The notes beneath the pieces were generated by a model. It did no database searches. It saw only the letters and a program-made list of their open reading frames with translations, and was not told the DNA's origin. This document shows, piece by piece, positions 1-12,089 of a stretch of 64,000 nucleotides of DNA (within the stretch, counting starts at the first letter, position 1; each line of letters opens with the position of its first letter). The position numbers were made by a program, and so were the translations under genes. Source of the DNA: Botryllus schlosseri (Eukaryota); assembly GCA_051294905.1 (NCBI GenBank), contig CM119371.1, positions 12,030,001 through 12,094,000 of the forward strand. The letters are read 5' to 3'.

Positions 1-1070
1 TGCCAACGCCTTCAGTTTGTGGACGATCGAAAAAATTTGCTCCCGATTTCGAATGTTTTCGACGCTTCGTAGAGCTAATATGATTCGGTTGTAAAGTTCA
101 GTTACCGTTTTGGGAGGAGGCTTGCTCGGATCCCTCCCCATCACGACTGCCGTTAGAATCAGGAAAACGGGTACTGAGACTAAATTAAGCAATCGCGGTG
201 ACATAGTTTCAATTTTTTGCCAGAGATTCTCTCCTTCATCTTTGAGTAAAAAGGCGAACAGTCTATGCGCGTCTTCCACAGTAAGACCATTCAGCGTAAT
301 GATGGTTTCGGGTCGCGCCATCGCTGGTAACTCCGAAACCTTGAATTCACGTGAAGCTACGTAGATCTTTACGTTACGGAGAATGTTACGGGATAGAATG
401 TTGTACATGACTGTCCAGGGGCTTGCTTTTTCAAACTTTTTTATTTTACTAGGAGTTTTCATATAATCCCAGCTAGCTTGATCAAGCCCGTCGAAAATTA
501 GAACTGCCTCGAATTGATGCCCATCTAGCCATTTGAATGCCTGATCCTCTTCAAATTCATTTTCGTAGACTCCACCGAATAAAAATTTTGACGGTTTAAT
601 TTTGCTTCCCACTTCAATGTCCTTCAATTCAATAAAATGTACCATTTTTTTACCGTAATAGGACGGATCATCATTCTGCTTAATTGTTGGTAATATACCG
701 AGAGTTTGTCTAGCTATTCTGCGTGTAAGTGTGGATTTTCCAGACCCAGCAGATGCCACAATCCCGGTTACACCAACTGCTTTTGATGAAAATAATTTTT
801 TCTTCTTCCAAATCGATGCCACTACGTCCTCAATTTCGATGTTTTTCGCTTGAATTCTGTCTTGCCGCAGAAATCCAACTTCCTTTGTCAGCTGAGTATG
901 GACATATCGACCTTTGTAATAATCGTTTACATCAACTTGTCGCATCTGCGGGTAAACTTCAAAGTCAGGTTGCTGAAGGTCTTCATGTCTGAAGTCATCC
1001 AAGATGTCAATGTTCGCGACATCCATAGTATTTTCGTTGCAAATTTGTATGAGGTTTCTGTCATTGATAT
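1..1070 (-). CDS. NACHT-domain (NLR-like) NTPase, large internal exon; continues beyond the window
   Basis: Open for 356 codons after a phase-1 acceptor (catttttcag, AG at 1071-1072). Translation includes Walker A GIVASAGSGKSTL (~730-765), Walker B AVLIFDGLDQ (~478-510), sensor-1-like IYVASR, and VPVFL and PKTVTELY motifs typical of NACHT/HD1. Absent from the ORF track because no stop lies in the window. Confidence 0.93.
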
Positions 1071-1356
1071 CTGAAAAATGAGATGTCGAGAGGATATATA
1101 TGTATTATATATAAAAATTTAATATCTACAAGTCATACAAGTTCATGATTATTCACGTCCCGTACGGTAATTTACCTGCGAAATAACGCGAGTAATAAAA
1201 TTAGTTGAGACTTTGGTATAGAATTTCTATAGGTGAAATTTATAACCCTACATAAATGGAAGTGATCATCCCCGCGTAAAGAAAACCAAGTTTTTTGACA
1301 GGTGTTCATAGTTTTTACCCACTGACAAGAAACCGGCGTCCCAATTTGTTTTAACC

Positions 1357-1795
1357 TAGGCTTACCATACGTCCTCTTTTAAGAGGATTTGTCCTCTTTT
1401 TTGACTTTTTTGAAAGTGTCCTCGGAGGACGCCGTTTTGTCCTCTTTTTTGAGATTTTGTCCTCTTTTTTGAAAATTTAGGTCAGAGTTAGAGCAAATTG
1501 CGAGTGATATGCCGAAAATTAGCACAGAAGTGACGGTCCGGCGGATCTTTCGGTGTGAAAAACGGTGAATTTAGCTCTGAGTGAGAAGATGACCTTTTTT
1601 TTTTTTAGTCATCCACCTGGCAATGTGGAGGAAAAAACGGTATTTTGAGGTCTGAGCGGAAGTGATGACCTTTTTTTTAACAGCTCACAATGTGGGAAAA
1701 ATTCACCGGTTTTTGAGAATTCTACTCCGGTTTTGCATCTTGCAAATTTCTGAAAAAGTGTCCTCTTTTTACATTTTCAAAATATGGTAAGCCTA
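1357..1795. mobile_element. hAT-type MITE (TAGGCTTACCATA family)
   Basis: TIR taggcttaccata...tatggtaagccta; 8-bp TSD ttttaacc; other copies at 15333-24858 and 43185-43532. Confidence 0.9.
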
Positions 1796-1983
1796 TTTTA
1801 ACCTAGGCAATAGGTTTTATCGGTCTTCAAGGTTTAACATAGTTGTCATCGCACATCTTTTGTGGCGTAATTTCCGACAAGTTATGCATTGGTGGATGTG
1901 CTGAGAGACAGCGCTCACGCCACCTATAATTCAATATCCATGTTGACGTATCTCATTGTGTGTGATTCCACGTCCCATATCAT

Positions 1984-3746
1984 CATAGGTGGTCAAAGTA
2001 GTCAAGAAAGCTACTCAAGTAGAAGTAGAAGTAGCTACGAAAAAATCTACTCAAGTACGAGTAGAAGTACTTCTTCCATAAGCAACCTAAAACTACTTGA
2101 AGTAGAAGTAGAGTTGACTGACTTTAAATCTACTCAAGTAAGTAAGTAGCTGTTAAAGCGATCGTAATTCGTTCACATGGATTGTCAAAAGTTGCAAATT
2201 AAAGCTATGCGAAAGGTGCCGAGCTTGATTCATATTGATGCATACCAGGAGGTATCCAAATTTCGACAGCATAAGTATTCGTCCGCATCATGGGATGAAA
2301 ATGATAGTATTGATATGGAAAGGCCATACTAATCCCATGTTTACTCGAACAACACGTTTTAGAAAACATCATGGTATGGCGCTCTACCCCATATTGTAAG
2401 GCCTGTAGTTTAGTCGAAGAGCAATATGGAGAAGTTGTTTTGAATACGGCGTAAACACTTTGTGTGATTAGTAAACGTTAATTAAAAATATGATGGACCG
2501 TACAAATGCCATATTGTGCAGCTTTATTTCCGGAAATTGAAGGCATTACTACACTTTGCTTTTATACTTCAACATGTATGTTATCAAGACATAAGAACTG
2601 ATATTAATTAGAACTCAAAGTATATGATACTGGGAATTGAAAGTGAAATATAAATACTACTTCTAAAAGCGGAACATGTATTTCATGTCTATAGACTGGA
2701 AAGTTTCGAAGGTTGGTATGCTAAATCAACTCTAATATACATTTTAATAATATATTCATATTAAAACCCGAAGCTTTTCGAGCTGACACTTTTCAAGGGC
2801 AATCGTCAGCAAATGGAGAATTCCAAAAACATGCATCTAGCTACATTGCATACAACCAATTATGACGTCATAGAAACAAACAACATGAAATACAGGCAAA
2901 CCGCGAGCGCAGCTAGTGGACAATTTTTAGATTCACTAAAAATTCCTTCTGCTGACACAAGCGCAGTCGGTGGATTTTAATATAAGTCGATTCCAGTGCA
3001 GACAGATGGAAATTAGTGCGGCCTCTACCTGATATCGAAAATCTTTCATCGCGATAGTTTTTAGCGCAAGTTGCATTCTCAGCCAAATGCTTGCCGATGG
3101 CAGAGTTCATAGCCATGGCCTGATTACGTTCTAGTATTCGGAGATCAGTTACGGCTGCGTCTTCGCGAGAGTCCAATATGCGTGATCTAATAACGATGGG
3201 GACATGTTGTTTGATGCGTTCCTGCAAGCGCTGAGTTGTTCTTCCCACGTACCGACAATCACAGTGGCACTTGAAATCATAGACTATATTGCTTTGGTAA
3301 AAAGCAGGAAGGACATCTTTGCGCGTTGCAGGAAGCAATTGTTTGGTGGTAAACACAACATTAGTTTTTACGTTATCGGAACAGCGATTTACAGCAGAAA
3401 TCAATTACCTAAATTATATTCACCGATACTTAGATGAAATCATACTGGCGTATCCACTGCGCGCGAAGCGCGACGAACATTTTTGGCTTTACTCAACTTT
3501 TATGAAAATTAAATGTTGATACTCCGTGAAAACAGCCCCGAAATTCCTCAGGCTATCTTCCTGATTGTAGGATTAAACTCCTTCTACTTGACAAACTGAA
3601 AATAGCGAAAAGTAAGTAAGTAGATAACAAAATATTACGAAGTAGAAGTAGTTAAAATCAGATCTACTCGAGTAAGCACCAGAAGTAGAGGAAAACTACT
3701 TGAGTACTTCGAAAAAGTAGAAGTACTTCGTTACTGACCACCTCTG
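1984..3746. mobile_element. hAT-type non-autonomous element (AGTAG-rich ends) containing a Penelope fragment
   Basis: Termini cataggtggtca...tgaccacctctg; 8-bp TSD catatcat at 1976-1983 and 3747-3754; related sequence at ~4107-4786 and 18466-18981. Confidence 0.8.
2760..3410 (-). mobile_element. Penelope-like retroelement 3' fragment (GIY-YIG endonuclease)
   Basis: ORF 2913-3404: NIVYDFKCHCDCRYVGRTTQRLQERIKQH...SAIGKHL...LESTYI, the GIY-YIG pattern of Penelope-like elements. Confidence 0.85.
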
Positions 3747-6700
3747 CATATCATTGACATTTCCATGAAAATGGCGTATAATCAAGTCCGTTACATGAGA
3801 TTTCCGAGTCAGCAAAATTGGATTCTGACTTCAGAAGACAAAGAGCTATTACGGATTCTGCCGCCAACTCTTATCAAGCCGTTACAGTCCACAAATGGAT
3901 CTAGTTTGTACAAAGGACCAGTGACGTGCGGTACAATGAGGCAGGTGAGGCTACTTGGTATGTTAGAGCTACTTGCATAGGTTGCATTGTCGTTTTTTGT
4001 GTCCTTTATGCTGTGTTAGACTGCAATACCTAGAACCCCTAATTAGGTATGTGATAGCTATATTCAACATAGCCTGCGTTGTCGTTGTTTGTGGTCAGTG
4101 GTGACCAGAGTTGGATCAATTACAATATTTAATTCAATTACAATTACAATTACTTCCTTGCATGTTTCAATTACATTACAATTACAATTACTCAATGCTA
4201 AAAATATGAAATTACAAATACAATTACAATTACTGATAAACATGTAATTAATTACAATTATAATTACAATTACAATTACTTTTAAACATGTAATTGATTC
4301 AGAAAAGAGGTGTTCTTTGACAACCGTAGCGACGTAATTAGCAACAATCTCAAGCTATTCATGTTTCATTCCTGATATGTAGAATACCCTTTAATTATAA
4401 GAAACTCGAACGTATTCGAACTATTCCTAATCATGAGTACTGAAAACTACAAGCACGGAAAAATATTTCAAGATTAGTATCGCGTTTCCTTATCAATACT
4501 ATCATTTTCATCCCATGATGCGGACGAATGCTTATGCTATCGAAAATTGGATACCTGCGCGTATGCATCAATATGAATCAAACCTGTCACCTATCACATA
4601 GCTCAATTTGCACCTTTTTATAATCCATCCAATCAGAATCGTTTTCACAGTCAGTCAATTCTACTTCTACTTCAAGTAGATTTAGGTTGCTTATGAGAGA
4701 AGTACTTCTACTTGTACTTGAGTAGATTTTTTGTCGCTACTTCTACGTCTACTTGAGTAGCTTTCTTTACTACTTTGTCCACCTCTGATAGTGGTAACGG
4801 CTGTTTATGGTGTTCTACGAACTACAAAGGTCATTTACACCTGTCGATATCTTTTATCAACACATCTGCCGTTCTGTAGCACAGTCCCTTGTAGATCGGT
4901 AACACACCGCTTACGCATATCAGATGTTCATGGATTTGAAGCAGGCTATTCAATCGACAGTATGCACTGTGTATCATAAAAGTTTTTACCGTAGTGACTT
5001 CATCATATTACTATGCAGTCGTAGGCGGGTGCGGCAATAAATTGGATTAACGAATGGTTCGTTGTTTAGCGATAAATTCAGATAAATTTACTTCAAAGCT
5101 AAATCGCGATGATATCACATAAAATGTTAAATTACTAGCTATGCCTGGTTCTATGATGTCAATAATGAATACATCGTAAAATTTACATGGACGGATATGT
5201 AAATTTACATTTTATCAGTGTGGCATCAATTTGAAGCTTACGGTACTGATTACAAAGGTATACATTTTTATTCTACTCATGACCCTGGAACCCCAAAAAA
5301 GTCAGCTACGCATTTTGTATTGTGACGGATGGAGTTTGAAATTGCGAGGTCTATAATACCGATGCCATCGCTTAGCAGCAAGTGTTTCCCTTTAACACGA
5401 GGAACCTGTCTCTGAAATCTAGCATCCAAGTCTTAACAGTTGGGCGCCCGACTGTCCAATGTCCATACGGTGTGGCAATGATGCCGTGTATTCTCATTAC
5501 AGTCTGAAAATGAGCAACATCGACGTCGATTTCCGTTGCTATAGACCAGGGGTCGGCAACCTTTTGCTAGTCACGGGCCAAATACCGAGTGCACAACTTT
5601 TTGGCGGGCCGTAATTTTTCTTGATACTATATTTAGCGCTCACGTCGGTTTAGTACCCTACATTGCTGCAATCTCAATCATACAAATCACAAAAAGGGCA
5701 AAACACATGTATTTACACTTCAACAACGCAGCATAAATGTGACACTTGGCGCAGCATGCTTTGTGAAAGATTTTCAACTTCTAATAACAAGTCAGATGAA
5801 GCAACAATCAAACCACATTCCAAATGGGCATTAGAATACGTGATCTTAGCTTGCTCTTCGTGAATTCCACTGTTGAAATATATTTTTCACATGCGTACGT
5901 GCTATCAAAAGTCGATACCATTTCTTTTGCATTGTTGGTCAAGCTGGGATAAAGACCCGTTTCAAGAACGTACTCTTTGTCAAAGACATACAGCGATATG
6001 CTCTTTGTATGAAATTTGTCCTTAAATTCAACTGCATCGCATTTCAAAAGGGCCCCTTTGAAATTTTCAGGCAACGGTATTGGCGCTCACATTAAACCGA
6101 GTACTGAGCAGTCAGAATATATTTTATACAGAACGAATGTCGGAAAAGCGGGTGGAAATTCAGTAATTAAATTTCGTATCACAGTTACAAAGGTATAGTG
6201 CTGGTACTAGGTTTACTCTCCGCCAGTATAGGAAAGTGAGCATAATTTTCTTTTTACTGTTGACATTCTCAGAGTCGCAGTTTTGTTTCGAATACGCCTC
6301 AACATCTCATGTGTTCACATATTTCTTTCTGAAGTCAATTTGTTAGATATGACGTTAAATGTACTACGAAAGCAAGATTAGATACCCATTGTCGATGACA
6401 AGATTATGAGTCGGCGATGTTTGTATTTTTAAGGAAAGTTGCTATTTCGTTTCTCAGTTCATACACTCGTGCAAGGATAGCTGCTCGACCTAATGTGCGA
6501 ACATGGCAGATATACAGGACATCGCCATATTGATTCTCTGCTTCTAGTAATATATGGGGTAGGCTAACTGTCGGTGATTAAGTTCGTGAGACAAAATCAG
6601 CTTTCCCCACTGTGTCCAAAACACTATTCACGTTTGTTGTCTTGGTGTACAATGTCTTCTGGTGAATTAAACTGCAGATGACTAACCTACGGTAGGGTTA

Positions 6701-6917
6701 CCATATGTCAGCAACCCAAATTCCGGTCACTCTTTAGCGCCCACTGGTGGATTTCAAAATGAGTAGTGACGTCACACTAGCAAAGCTTTGCTCATAGAGT
6801 CATTCACAAAGCAAGCTGCGTCAATTGTCACATATATTCTGTGTTGTTGAAGTGTAAAAATACATGTGTCTTCTGATTGGTATGATTGAGATTGCAGCAA
6901 TGTAGGATAATATATAT

Positions 6918-7927
6918 CAGGGGTCACCTACACGCGGCCCGCAAGGTCATATTTTGCGGCCCGCGACTTGATTTCAAATTTCGGAAAAAAGCTTAGAAAA
7001 CCATTTTGAAATGCTGAAATTGACTACAGTTTCAACATATTACTGTTGTTGTTGTTTCAAAATACGGCTATTCTTCTGTGCCCATCATCACTATTCCTCA
7101 CTAGCTTTGGCTTTGGCAATGTCAACATTCCATCGAGGGAGAATAACCAACTGATATGAATGTGCTGGGCCTATTGCCTTGACGTGCAATGGCCAAAACA
7201 CTGCCAAGACCGAAACGTTTGGAAAACGGTATAGGGCAGTGGTTCTGAAACTGCTGGGCGCGCCCCTCTTGTGGGGGTGTGAAAGCATCTGAAGGGGGTG
7301 CGGAGCTGCGGTCAACTGAAATTTTTTTTCGCGCTCTGCGCGATTTACATTAATGTCATATTTTCTGTATAGTCCGGAATTCATATAATAGAATTCTCTC
7401 ATCAATTAACAATCATAACCTTCCTCGCCATTAAACTATCCGTTACGATTGCTAGCATATGGTTGCATATTTTGTGATATGACGGTCAGGGGGAGCGAAA
7501 TTTCTCAGTATCATAAAGGGGGCGTGTATAAAAAAAGTTTGAGAACCACTGGCTTAGGGATTCCCCGCAAGGTCAAGCTTAACGTGGAGATGGTCTTACA
7601 GATATTAACGTATCTCGCTAGCCCCAATAGCGATTCCTTAGTCGCTGAAAAGCGTTTCCAGGTATCGTGCACAGCTCAGAGCTCAAAATAAAATGAGCTT
7701 GATGATAATGATTTTTGTTGTATTTGTATTCCTTTAATAAAATATTACTTCTTTTGTGGTCACTATGCCCCGCATTGTTTATGTTAGGTAGCACGGCGTT
7801 GTACTGACGTTGGGTTTTTAAACGTTGTTGCGTAGTTTATATCGATATTGAATAGAATACATGCGGCCCACGGCCGCTACGAAATTTGAAAAGTGGCCCG
7901 CCACCTATTTTGAGTTGGCGACCCCTG
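6918..7927. mobile_element. hAT-type MITE carrying an internal MITE (7237-7551)
   Basis: TIR caggggtc...gacccctg; TSD atatatat; inner element cagtggttct...agaaccactg; inverted relative at 51786-52627. Confidence 0.8.
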
Positions 7928-8060
7928 ATATATATCGAAGTGAGCGTAAAATATAGTACTAAGAAAAATTCCGGCCCGCCAAAATGTTGTACACCCGAAA
8001 TTTGGCCCGCGACTAGCAAAAGGTTGCCGACCCCTGTCATAGACCAGAGATGGTTACGAT

Positions 8061-8334
8061 CATTGATGGGCACAGTCCGGTTCAGGAGCCGGAGCAGGAT
8101 TTCATTGCTTTTGTACCTGGCCGGAATGGATCCGGATTTTGAATTTGCAGTGACGGTCGGATTTTAGCCGGATTCTGTTGCTGCAATATGATTAATTAGC
8201 ATTATTCTGGCTGGATTTTTCGGATTCCGAACTGGTCCTTCCACCAGCCGGATTTTTTCGGACTGTGAATTTTCATTTGCCAGCCGGATCCGGATAGATT
8301 CGGATCCCGAAATTTAGGAATCCACCCATCTCTG
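8061..8334. mobile_element. CCGGAT-rich MITE
   Basis: Termini cattgatggg...cccatctctg; near-identical 8-bp TSD gttacgat/gtcacgat. Confidence 0.6.
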
Positions 8335-9835
8335 GTCACGATCCGGTTCAGGAGTATGTGGCTGTGTGTTGTGTAACCATGACCGAAAGCACATGTTTTC
8401 AGCCCCCTCCCACCCAAATAAACAATAATTTTGAGCCCACACTATAGGGTAATCTATTCAACTTGCCGGTGCGCACCAGGGAGCTTTATAAAAAACCCAC
8501 ATCCAGTGATTTCCCACCTTTTATGGTCGCGACTCTACCTGAAAGTGCTCCGTGGTCCAGATCAATATTTGACGAGCTGATTACTAAAAGAAGTCAACAC
8601 CTTTGCCCAGACTTACTCACGGGCTATTTTGGAAGCTGATTACGTTCAACATATTTGCAAGCCCCAGAATAAAGGCAAACGACCCCCCGTTTGGAACCAC
8701 TATCTTTGAATAGAGCATTTGAACGGCCTTAACGATCTCTAGGAATATACCGCTCTCATATAATTGCGATTACAATTAGGCTTATTCCAGTAAATGAAGG
8801 TTGTTTTTATATATATTTTATTGCAGTTTTTGCGAGGGTGGTAGTCTTCATAATAAAATCAATAAATGTGACAGTAAATCGCGCGCAGCGCGAAGAAAAA
8901 TGGCATGCATCAGCATAAATATTCCCGAAAAAATATTATTTTTGTGCTGATTTACGAAAAAGTTATGAGCCTACGTCAAGTCTTCAAAATTCCGGACATT
9001 TGACATATTTTTGAAATTCCTCCCGGACGCTAGTTGGAACAGTGAAATTCCGGACATGGCCGGGAAATTCCGGACGTATGGCAACCCTAACCTACGGAGG
9101 CTAGTTATCTAAAATGAAACGGAAAGTTTGAGATTTTGTCATTGCGTCTGAGATGTTCCAAGCGTTTTTGAAGCAGAGGAACCGCACCTTTAATGTCGCA
9201 CCCTATCAGAGTGGCAACCCCTTAAAAAGATTGGTATGCCTATGGTTGCGCGATACATCCGCTCGATAAGCACTAGTCTAGTCTACTCTACATACATTCT
9301 CCATCTCCTACTTTTAGTACGAGATAGGCTACTAATCAACAGCCTTCACACTGCATATGCAGTGTCGTACGAAAAGCCCAGATGAAGCAAGTAAAGTCGA
9401 GCTTATGAAAATCGGCTGCAACTGACTATGACGAGGACGCGTGCGATAGGAAGTGAAAGACGCGGATGAGAGTGTGACTGAACGTAGTCCGAAAAATAAT
9501 CGTTCCTCAAGCAAAGACCAAGCAAAAGACAATATTCGTGATCGGGCGCAAATGACCTTATCGGCGATAAGCGCCAAAAATTGTTCAATAAATACAAATA
9601 CAAATACAACAGCCTTCGCATCAGTTTTATGGCGTAACAATAGACTAATACGGCGTAGGATACTTATCGTAGCAATGCCGCATTCTTACCAAGCAGTGCT
9701 GCGGGCCGTAGGTTGCCGACCCTTGCTATAGACCCCACTGAAAACTCAGAATCAATCAGTTAATCATCAGGAAATCCCGGTTTATATGCGAGATCAAGTG
9801 GACATCGTAATCTGACATGTTTTATGTATCAGTTT

Positions 9836-10441
9836 CAGGGTTATAATGACTCGAGTCATGAGTTGACTTGTGTCCGACTCGTGTGACTCGAGTCACGATT
9901 TTCTGTTGACTCGACTTGACTCGGGTCATTTTCTCAAAATACGGAAATGACTCGACTCGACTCGAGTCAATTTGTGTCTTGACTCAACTTGGACTCGAGT
10001 CATTGTGCATGACTCGAACCAAGTCATATCACTCGAGACTCAGACGGCAAAGGCCGACATTTCATTGTAGTTTCGAAAAATAGTCAAGTAACCGCACTAT
10101 TGGGATATCGCCTGTTGGTACTGGTACTTGAAAATGCGACCAGAAACTGCTCACAGTGAGGAAAATTAGTATATTATGAAGGCGAACCATTCCATATCAC
10201 CAAACAGAGTTATAAAAATTGGGTTTAACAAGAGTTTAACTGGAAACTGAGCAGTCAACACAATGACGTGGACTCGAACTCGAGTCATAATACCATGACT
10301 CGGATTCGACCCTCTGCTCACTGACATGGACTCGAACTTGACTCAGCGGTGAATTGAAAATGACTCGACTTGACTCGAGTCAAAACTATAAAAGTTAGAT
10401 TGATTTGTGACTTGGAGCCTTGTGACTTGGTTACAACCCTG
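9836..10441. mobile_element. GACTCGAGTC-rich MITE
   Basis: TIR cagggtt...aaccctg with arrays of the GACTCGAGTC palindrome; related fragments at ~26400-26656, ~36989-37180, ~41810-41941, ~60319-60640. Confidence 0.75.
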
Positions 10442-10923
10442 ATCTGGTTACCTAGAATGACTTGCGGAAAATGCGCGACAAATCTTTGTACACCAACGTC
10501 ACCAAGTCCTACCCATAGAAGTCGAGGAAAGATTGGTAATGTTTGGTCGTTCCGTAACCGAATCACTTATCTGTAGCATCTGCACTAAATCCACCATCAA
10601 TAACGCCACGTTTAGTCAGAATCGAAGATAGAAATGCGACGTGACACAGCCATCGACGGGGGAACAGTACCAACGTCATAGTGCTTGAACGGCATATCAC
10701 GGAATTATTAAAACATGTAAATTTCAGCGAACTTCGCATGATTGGACAACCGAGACTGTTAAAACTACTCTATCTGCAAAGCTGCCTTCGCCTGTGTTAT
10801 GTGTTGGGATTTCTGGTGATAGAAACTCGAACGATATATTTGTGAGATATCGATGATTGCTAGTAATACGGGTGGTAGACTATTCGGCGCTTCTCCGATA
10901 AACCCGCAAGATCAAAATTTATA

Positions 10924-11476
10924 CACGGAAAAATACATTCGCTTTCGTGTTGGGATTGGGATGAAATAGGAGCTGTGGGTGCTGGATATTAGTGTTGGAA
11001 GTGGGTTAGGGTTGGGGTAATGATGAAGGCATCCCAATATTCGGGTTTTGGGGTGGGAGATATTACGGTTGTGGGGGAGGGATATTAGAGTTGTGAGTGG
11101 GACATATTAGGGTGTAGTGGCGGGATATTAGGGTTGTGAGTGGGAGATATTAGGGTTGCGGGATAGGGATATTAGGGTTGTGAGTGGGAGATATTAGGGT
11201 TGGAGGATGACGGATGTCAGGTTTGGGGAATAAAATATATTAGGGTTGTGGGTTCCGGACGCTAGTTCGAGGATTTTAGCACGCCTAACCCTAATATACG
11301 TCATTCACACAACCCTAATATCTGTCATCTCGTAACCCTAATATATCACAATCCTAATATATATCACCAACAACCCTAATGTTGGGATACCCTAAACCCA
11401 ACCCCGACCATAAACCTAACCCACTTCAATCCTAATATTCCGTACCCAACACGAAAAAAGAATTGATTTTTCCGTT
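10924..11476. mobile_element. Foldback MITE built from TTAGGG-containing repeats
   Basis: Termini cacggaaaaa...tttttccgtt flanked by TA; left arm (gatattagggttgtg)n, right arm (aaccctaatat)n. Confidence 0.7.
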
Positions 11477-11612
11477 TACAAATGCTGATGTGTTTGATCT
11501 CGGGGGTATATCGAAGAGCGCCGGAGGCCTGCATCACATCTTTATAATTCTTATAATCGCCAAAGGGCATTGCGAATTTGATATTGATGTGGAATGTTTG
11601 GGCAGATATTAC

Positions 11613-11639
11613 CTTGGCTTTGTGACGGGGCATATGAAT
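11613..11639 (-). CDS. Predicted 27-nt micro-exon of the NACHT gene (NSYAPSQSQ)
   Basis: atattgcag acceptor and AAG|gtaata donor; phase 1-1; 88-nt upstream intron; joins in frame to the exon starting at 1070. Confidence 0.55.
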
Positions 11640-11727
11640 CTGCAATATTGGTCATGGAACGACCATGACCGGTGTATTTATATAATGAGCTTCACTATTA
11701 TACCGCATATTGCAGGATTACACTCAC

Positions 11728-11835
11728 TTTTTTTTGCAGGACTCTTCACATTAATCTGATGTCCTGCCACAACGTTGACCGTGCTGTTTATGATCTGCAG
11801 ATTGACGTGTCCACCTTCTGCCAGCGTTGTAGATC
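11728..11835 (-). CDS. Predicted exon 2 of the NACHT gene, RHIM-like motif (GSTTLAEGGHVNLQIINSTVNVVAGHQINVKSPAKK)
   Basis: ttttcttgtgtctcag acceptor and gtgagt donor; 108 nt, phase 1-1, open frame; a same-length paralogous exon lies at 59457-59564. Confidence 0.72.
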
Positions 11836-12016
11836 CTGAGACACAAGAAAATATAGTAACGGTCCGCGATATTGCGATGTATATTATTAAAGAGATAATG
11901 GATTGTTAAACCAGAATAGGTCAATGTAAACGTCTCAGCGTAACATTTTAAAACGGGTTTATATTGATAACATTGATAAAATGAATATGAATCAAAATAT
12001 AGGAGTATTTACTCAC

Positions 12017-12089
12017 CGCTTGTCCCGGGTGATAATGATGAAGGCACATCAGTGACACCAGAAGCTTGTGTTTGCCTCTTTTCCGACAT
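12017..12089 (-). CDS. Predicted first coding exon of the NACHT gene (MSEKRQTQASGVTDVPSSLSPGTS-G)
   Basis: ATG at 12089 with an in-frame TAA shortly upstream; 73 nt ending in phase 1 at a perfect G|gtgagt donor. Confidence 0.65.

Larger units (their letters stand above)
6693..9089. mobile_element. hAT-type non-autonomous element (TAGGGTT-CCA family), nested
   Basis: TIR tagggttacca...tggcaacccta; TSD acctacgg; inverted copy at 46989-48633; fragment at ~39760-39969. Confidence 0.88.
5547..9725 (-). mobile_element. hAT (Charlie/Buster-like) element with decayed transposase, host to nested insertions
   Basis: TIR caggggtcggcaac...gttgccgacccttg; TSD ctatagac on both sides; remnant STFDSTYACEKYISTVEFTKSKLRSRI (hAT dimerization region); homologous to 22084-23640. 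Confidence 0.88.

Noticed and set aside
110..1074. Plus-strand ORFs 110-364, 729-992 and 850-1074
   Set aside because: Antisense shadows of the NACHT exon
11000..11440. Interstitial telomere or chromosome-fusion site
   Set aside because: TTAGGG occurs singly inside longer units, not as tandem hexamers, and the block has terminal inverted repeats
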